Below, piece by piece: positions 61,702 to 61,871 of a DNA stretch of 61,871 bases. The DNA is taken from the NCBI GenBank assembly GCA_035280845.1, contig DATEFB010000017.1, forward strand, positions 1 to 61,871. Direction: 5' to 3'. Below the pieces are notes generated by a model. It was not told where the DNA came from. It saw nothing but the letters and a program-made list of their open reading frames with translations, and did not search any database. The position numbers and the translations under genes were made by a program. The DNA is from Candidatus Saccharimonadales bacterium. GTDB taxonomy: Bacteria > Patescibacteriota > Saccharimonadia > Saccharimonadales > EFPC-124. Position 1 is the first letter of the stretch; every line of letters starts with the position of its first letter.

Positions 61702-61737
61702 GTGCAACCCTTCTTTGTGCCAGGGATAACGCTAGCT

Positions 61738-61765
61738 ATTCTAAATAAACCCTACCACCTGTCAA
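61738..61765 (-). promoter_or_regulatory. sigma-70-type promoter of gene J
   Basis: Minus strand reads TTGACA-16 nt-TAGAAT, about 37 nt upstream of the ATG at 61701. Confidence 0.55.
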
Positions 61766-61774
61766 GGTGCGGAA

Positions 61775-61783
61775 TGGTACAAT
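61775..61783 (+). promoter_or_regulatory. extended -10 box (TGGTACAAT), leaderless-type promoter of uvrB
   Basis: The box ends 7 nt before the ATG at 61791. Confidence 0.55.
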
Positions 61784-61790
61784 AATAGGG

Positions 61791-61871
61791 ATGTCTCAAG
61801 AATTTAAACTCGTTACCAAATACCAGCCGACCGGCGACCAACCTTCGGCGATTGCCCAGCTTGTTGAAGGG
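61791..61871 (+). CDS. uvrB: excinuclease ABC subunit B, 5' end only (runs off the window)
   Basis: Translation MSQEFKLVTKYQPTGDQPSAIAQLVEG matches the conserved UvrB N-terminus (F.L.S.Y.P.GDQP.AI..L..G). Not in the ORF track because it is truncated. Confidence 0.85.
   Translation, partial: MSQEFKLVTKYQPTGDQPSAIAQLVEG

Noticed and set aside
29378-61710. Metagenomic mis-assembly (chimeric contig) as the cause of the G+C jumps
   Set aside because: The blocks are only 0.4-3 kb and return to backbone sequence on both sides. They fall exactly in intergenic gaps without disrupting flanking genes. They are preceded by backbone-type promoter boxes. Chimeras usually give one break, not ten neatly intergenic insertions. 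Read mapping is still required for proof.
1-61871. Integron-like or genomic-island explanation for the high-GC cassettes (integrase, attC sites, tRNA-linked islands, IS elements), and CRISPR arrays
   Set aside because: I saw no integrase, transposase or recombinase ORF, no attC-like repeats at shared positions relative to the cassettes, no flanking direct repeats found by eye, and no tRNA. The cassettes are dispersed rather than in one array. No regularly spaced direct repeats of CRISPR type were seen. A computational repeat search would be needed to exclude short target-site duplications.

Overview
This 61.9-kb window comes from a compact bacterial chromosome of roughly 50% G+C. That figure rests on hand counts of a few 60-nt lines, not a full scan. 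The gene content suggests a reduced Patescibacteria/Saccharibacteria-like monoderm (inference only). Supporting traits are a sortase with an LPXTG substrate, a split transketolase, a minimal glycolysis/pentose-phosphate block, many tiny membrane-anchored proteins, leaderless mRNAs behind TGGTAYART-type extended -10 boxes, and no respiratory-chain genes.

I call about 70 CDS:
- Transport and signalling: a metal ABC importer next to a Crp-family regulator; an orphan LivJ-like binding protein with a histidine kinase and a CheY-like regulator; an ECF sigma/anti-sigma operon; an OmpR-type two-component system with a MacB-type ABC exporter.
- Envelope: a processive GT2, a sortase with a 61-codon LPNTG mini-substrate, a CBM-CBM-NodB deacetylase, a GH5 hydrolase, a PLD-family enzyme, and a cupredoxin plus NOX-like ferric-reductase pair.
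- A 1144-aa SF2 helicase with HTH-like repeats in its tail.
- Housekeeping: rarA, gpsA, rmuC, pheST, trxB, ppa, gap, rpiB, an rpe-like gene, split tkt, fba, a PfkB kinase, and the 5' end of uvrB.

I saw no rRNA, tRNA, CRISPR array, transposase or integrase.

The outstanding signal is compositional. Six sharply bounded blocks of about 70% G+C interrupt the backbone: 1-880, 29380-30140, 47460-47850, 48520-48930, 48985-49450 and 58540-61710. They carry ten ORFs, all on the minus strand. Each ORF has its own GC-rich 3' stem-loop, and most of them (D, E, F, G and, more loosely, H and I) sit behind a backbone-type extended -10 promoter. The last block is a five-gene array of small membrane-anchored proteins. 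It includes a three-member paralog family with a conserved Cys pair and conserved 5' and 3' flanks. I read these blocks as serially captured, domesticated genes from a high-GC (actinobacterial-like) donor. Their functions are unknown.
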